A DNA stretch of 63,884 bases, counting the filler, from Lenisia limosa (Eukaryota; Protista; Breviatea): the NCBI GenBank assembly GCA_001655205.1. It is 6 parts of 6 records of this genome, joined end to end, with 100 filler letters (N's around TTAATTAATTAA, not from the genome) between each part and the next. Parts side by side here need not be neighbours in the genome. Positions count along the whole stretch, not along the records: positions 62,320 to 63,884 come from LPNZ01001277.1; 5 more parts are not named here. One strand, given 5' to 3'. Position 1 is the stretch's first letter. Each line of letters starts with the position of its first letter. Positions 62,220-63,884 of this stretch are shown here, in pieces. The position numbers were made by a program, and so were the translations under genes. Below the pieces are notes generated by a model, which did not search any database, was not told the origin of the DNA, and saw nothing but the letters and a program-made list of their open reading frames with translations.

Positions 62220-62319
62220 NNNNNNNNNNNNNNNNNNNNNNNNNNNNNNNNNNNNNNNNNNNNTTAATTAATTAANNNNNNNNNNNNNNNNNNNNNNNNN
62301 NNNNNNNNNNNNNNNNNNN
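62220..62319. other. Artificial contig-joining linker
   Basis: 44N-TTAATTAATTAA-44N. Confidence 0.97.
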
Positions 62320-62342
62320 TGGGGGGGGGGTAGAAATTATTA

Positions 62343-62446
62343 TAGGGCTTCCCTACGGTCCGAAAAAGACCGGTTGTAAGGTATCGATATTTATCGAGGA
62401 TTTATCGAGAAAAATCAGTTCTTTTTCGGACCGTAGGGAAGCTTTA
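62343..62446. mobile_element. MITE family 1, TIR type B, full-length
   Basis: tagggcttccctacggtccgaaaaaga...tctttttcggaccgtagggaagcttta, with near-perfect ~25-nt TIRs. Confidence 0.88.
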
Positions 62447-62499
62447 TTTATAAATGAAGGGGAGAGGGGGTGTTACAGTTGAGGATATATTGTTTGGTC

Positions 62500-63884
62500 A
62501 ACTCTTGAATCATTTTGACGTGAACTCATTGACACGCCTCTACCCACAACTATCAGCAGAAAAGACCGGACTGATGCAGTCGCTGAACGAGGGTCCGGCA
62601 CTATAGGGGTAAAAAGAGGACACTATACGTGAATCAAAGCGGTGCGGGGGGGGGGGAGAATGTATCACTAATTTGGAGGGGGGGATAATGGAAACCTAAT
62701 TATTGTCATTATCATTACTATTATCAATAGTATCGTGATTTTTTTTTTTATAACTCCTATGTATCAAACAAAAAAAGGTCAAATAAATTGAATATTAAAA
62801 ACAAAAAATAATGACAATAACAACAAGACAAACATTTGCATATGGAACTCATCCGCAAGGGAATGCGTGGCCTTGATCTCCACCAGGCCCATAGTACTCT
62901 CAGAAGGGGCGGGAGACGCACCTGAATGTCGCATTAAAAATTGTACATAACGTGTATTACTTGTATTAGCTTTTGAAGGTACAATATTAGACATAATCTA
63001 AGTAGAATACTGCTCACTTACCTACACTCCCCCCATTATAGGAAATGGAGGAGTATAGTGAATTAGAGCATTATTATGGGAATATATTGGTGTAAAACGC
63101 ACTCCGCTTGCCTTTGAGATCGAGTGGGACGGTGAAGGGGCTCGTGGAATCGGCATCAACTGCTCAGATGTTATGAACTTTTCGGGAGCAATAATTTATT
63201 AAATAAAACCTGGGGAAGTTGTCATACTTCCGCTTTGGATCGGGATTTTAAATGAAGGAATATCGAAACCATCCACAAAATCACGTTTCTAAAAGTAAAC
63301 TATGCTAATTGAAATAGAATGCATGGTTACTTTGCTGTTGTATCTCCATAATGTTAAATTTCATTTTCCAAAGAAATTAATCTGACAAATAAATTATCAG
63401 AAAAAAGGAAAAAAATAAAATAAGAAATACCAATGTCAACTCACACCCCACCCGAAATGTGCGTGTTTGAGAGGGGGATATCAGCAACCGACGAACTGAC
63501 GAAAACGTCCTCATAATCTGTAGTGTAAGAAATAGATATAATAAGATCAAGAATGGGGACAATCAGTTTAAATACAATAATAAGAACAACTAAGTAAAAT
63601 TTCAAACATTTAGCCAAAATCACCCCCTCCCCAACCCCACGTTTGCATTTAGAGCTCCAGGTATCACCAATCGTATAGCGCTGGTACAATGTAGGGTTCT
63701 CGTCATGAATATACCTGAAGGATGATGGTGAAAACCTCAGAAAAAATGGTAGGATTGAAGCAATTAAGAAGACAATAAGTAGGCCCAACAAAAAACTGAA
63801 TTTACCGATAAATCCTCGATAAACATCGAGATTTTGACGGTCTTTTACGGACCATCTGGTAGCACAAGGAATACGAAAGGAGCG
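62500..63884 (-). CDS. Fragment of a hypothetical multi-exon protein (partial)
   Basis: Open GT-AG exons RSFRIPCATRW-YIHDENPTLYQRYTIGDTWSSKCK, DYEDVFVSSSVADIPLSNTHISG, VDADSTSPFTVPLDLKGKR, GASPAPSESTMGLVEIKATHSLADEFH. Confidence 0.45.
63780..63852. mobile_element. MITE family 1 remnant beginning at a splice donor
   Basis: Minus strand gtccgtaaaagacc...tttatcgaggatttatcgg...cagttttttgttgggccta matches the copy at 62343 minus its outer left 15 nt. Confidence 0.7.

Noticed and set aside
31954-62319. TTAATTAATTAA palindrome recurring five times, resembling a regulatory or repeat-array motif
   Set aside because: It is always centred in exactly 44N+44N and has stops in all six frames, so it is an artificial contig linker. 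Gene neighbourhoods across it carry no information.
1-63884. rRNA, tRNA or snRNA genes; autonomous transposase or reverse transcriptase ORFs; prokaryotic defence systems
   Set aside because: None was recognisable by eye. tRNAscan-SE, Infernal and a translated transposon search would be needed to exclude them.

Overview
Eukaryotic DNA, very intron-dense (GT-AG introns mostly 40-200 nt, many micro-exons), probably from a unicellular protist; the taxon cannot be determined from the sequence. The window is not one locus. Five identical 100-nt spacers (44N-TTAATTAATTAA-44N) join six contigs: 1-31953, 32054-53493, 53594-55872, 55973-59327, 59428-62219 and 62320-63884. Adjacency across those spacers is meaningless. 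By hand-splicing I recognise an RBP45/Nam8-type RRM gene, SPT16, an OCRL/INPP5B-type 5-phosphatase, a FERM-like protein, a CDK7-like kinase, two head-to-head SLC38/AVT amino-acid transporter paralogues, a HARE-HTH-like protein, MCMBP, SFT2, DPY30, RPB7, a Sushi plus RCC1-like fragment and several orphans. The most interesting signal is inside the introns: (i) a ~100-bp TAGGG...CCCTA hairpin MITE family with two TIR subtypes, often sitting at 5' splice sites and in one case apparently supplying the donor GT; (ii) a second Tc1/mariner-like hairpin MITE; (iii) recurrent tandem duplications anchored on splice junctions that create decoy donors or acceptors; (iv) a gene-conversion-like tract, introns included, between the two transporter paralogues. 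All exon models were made by eye, and boundaries near N gaps are approximate. No database searches were run.
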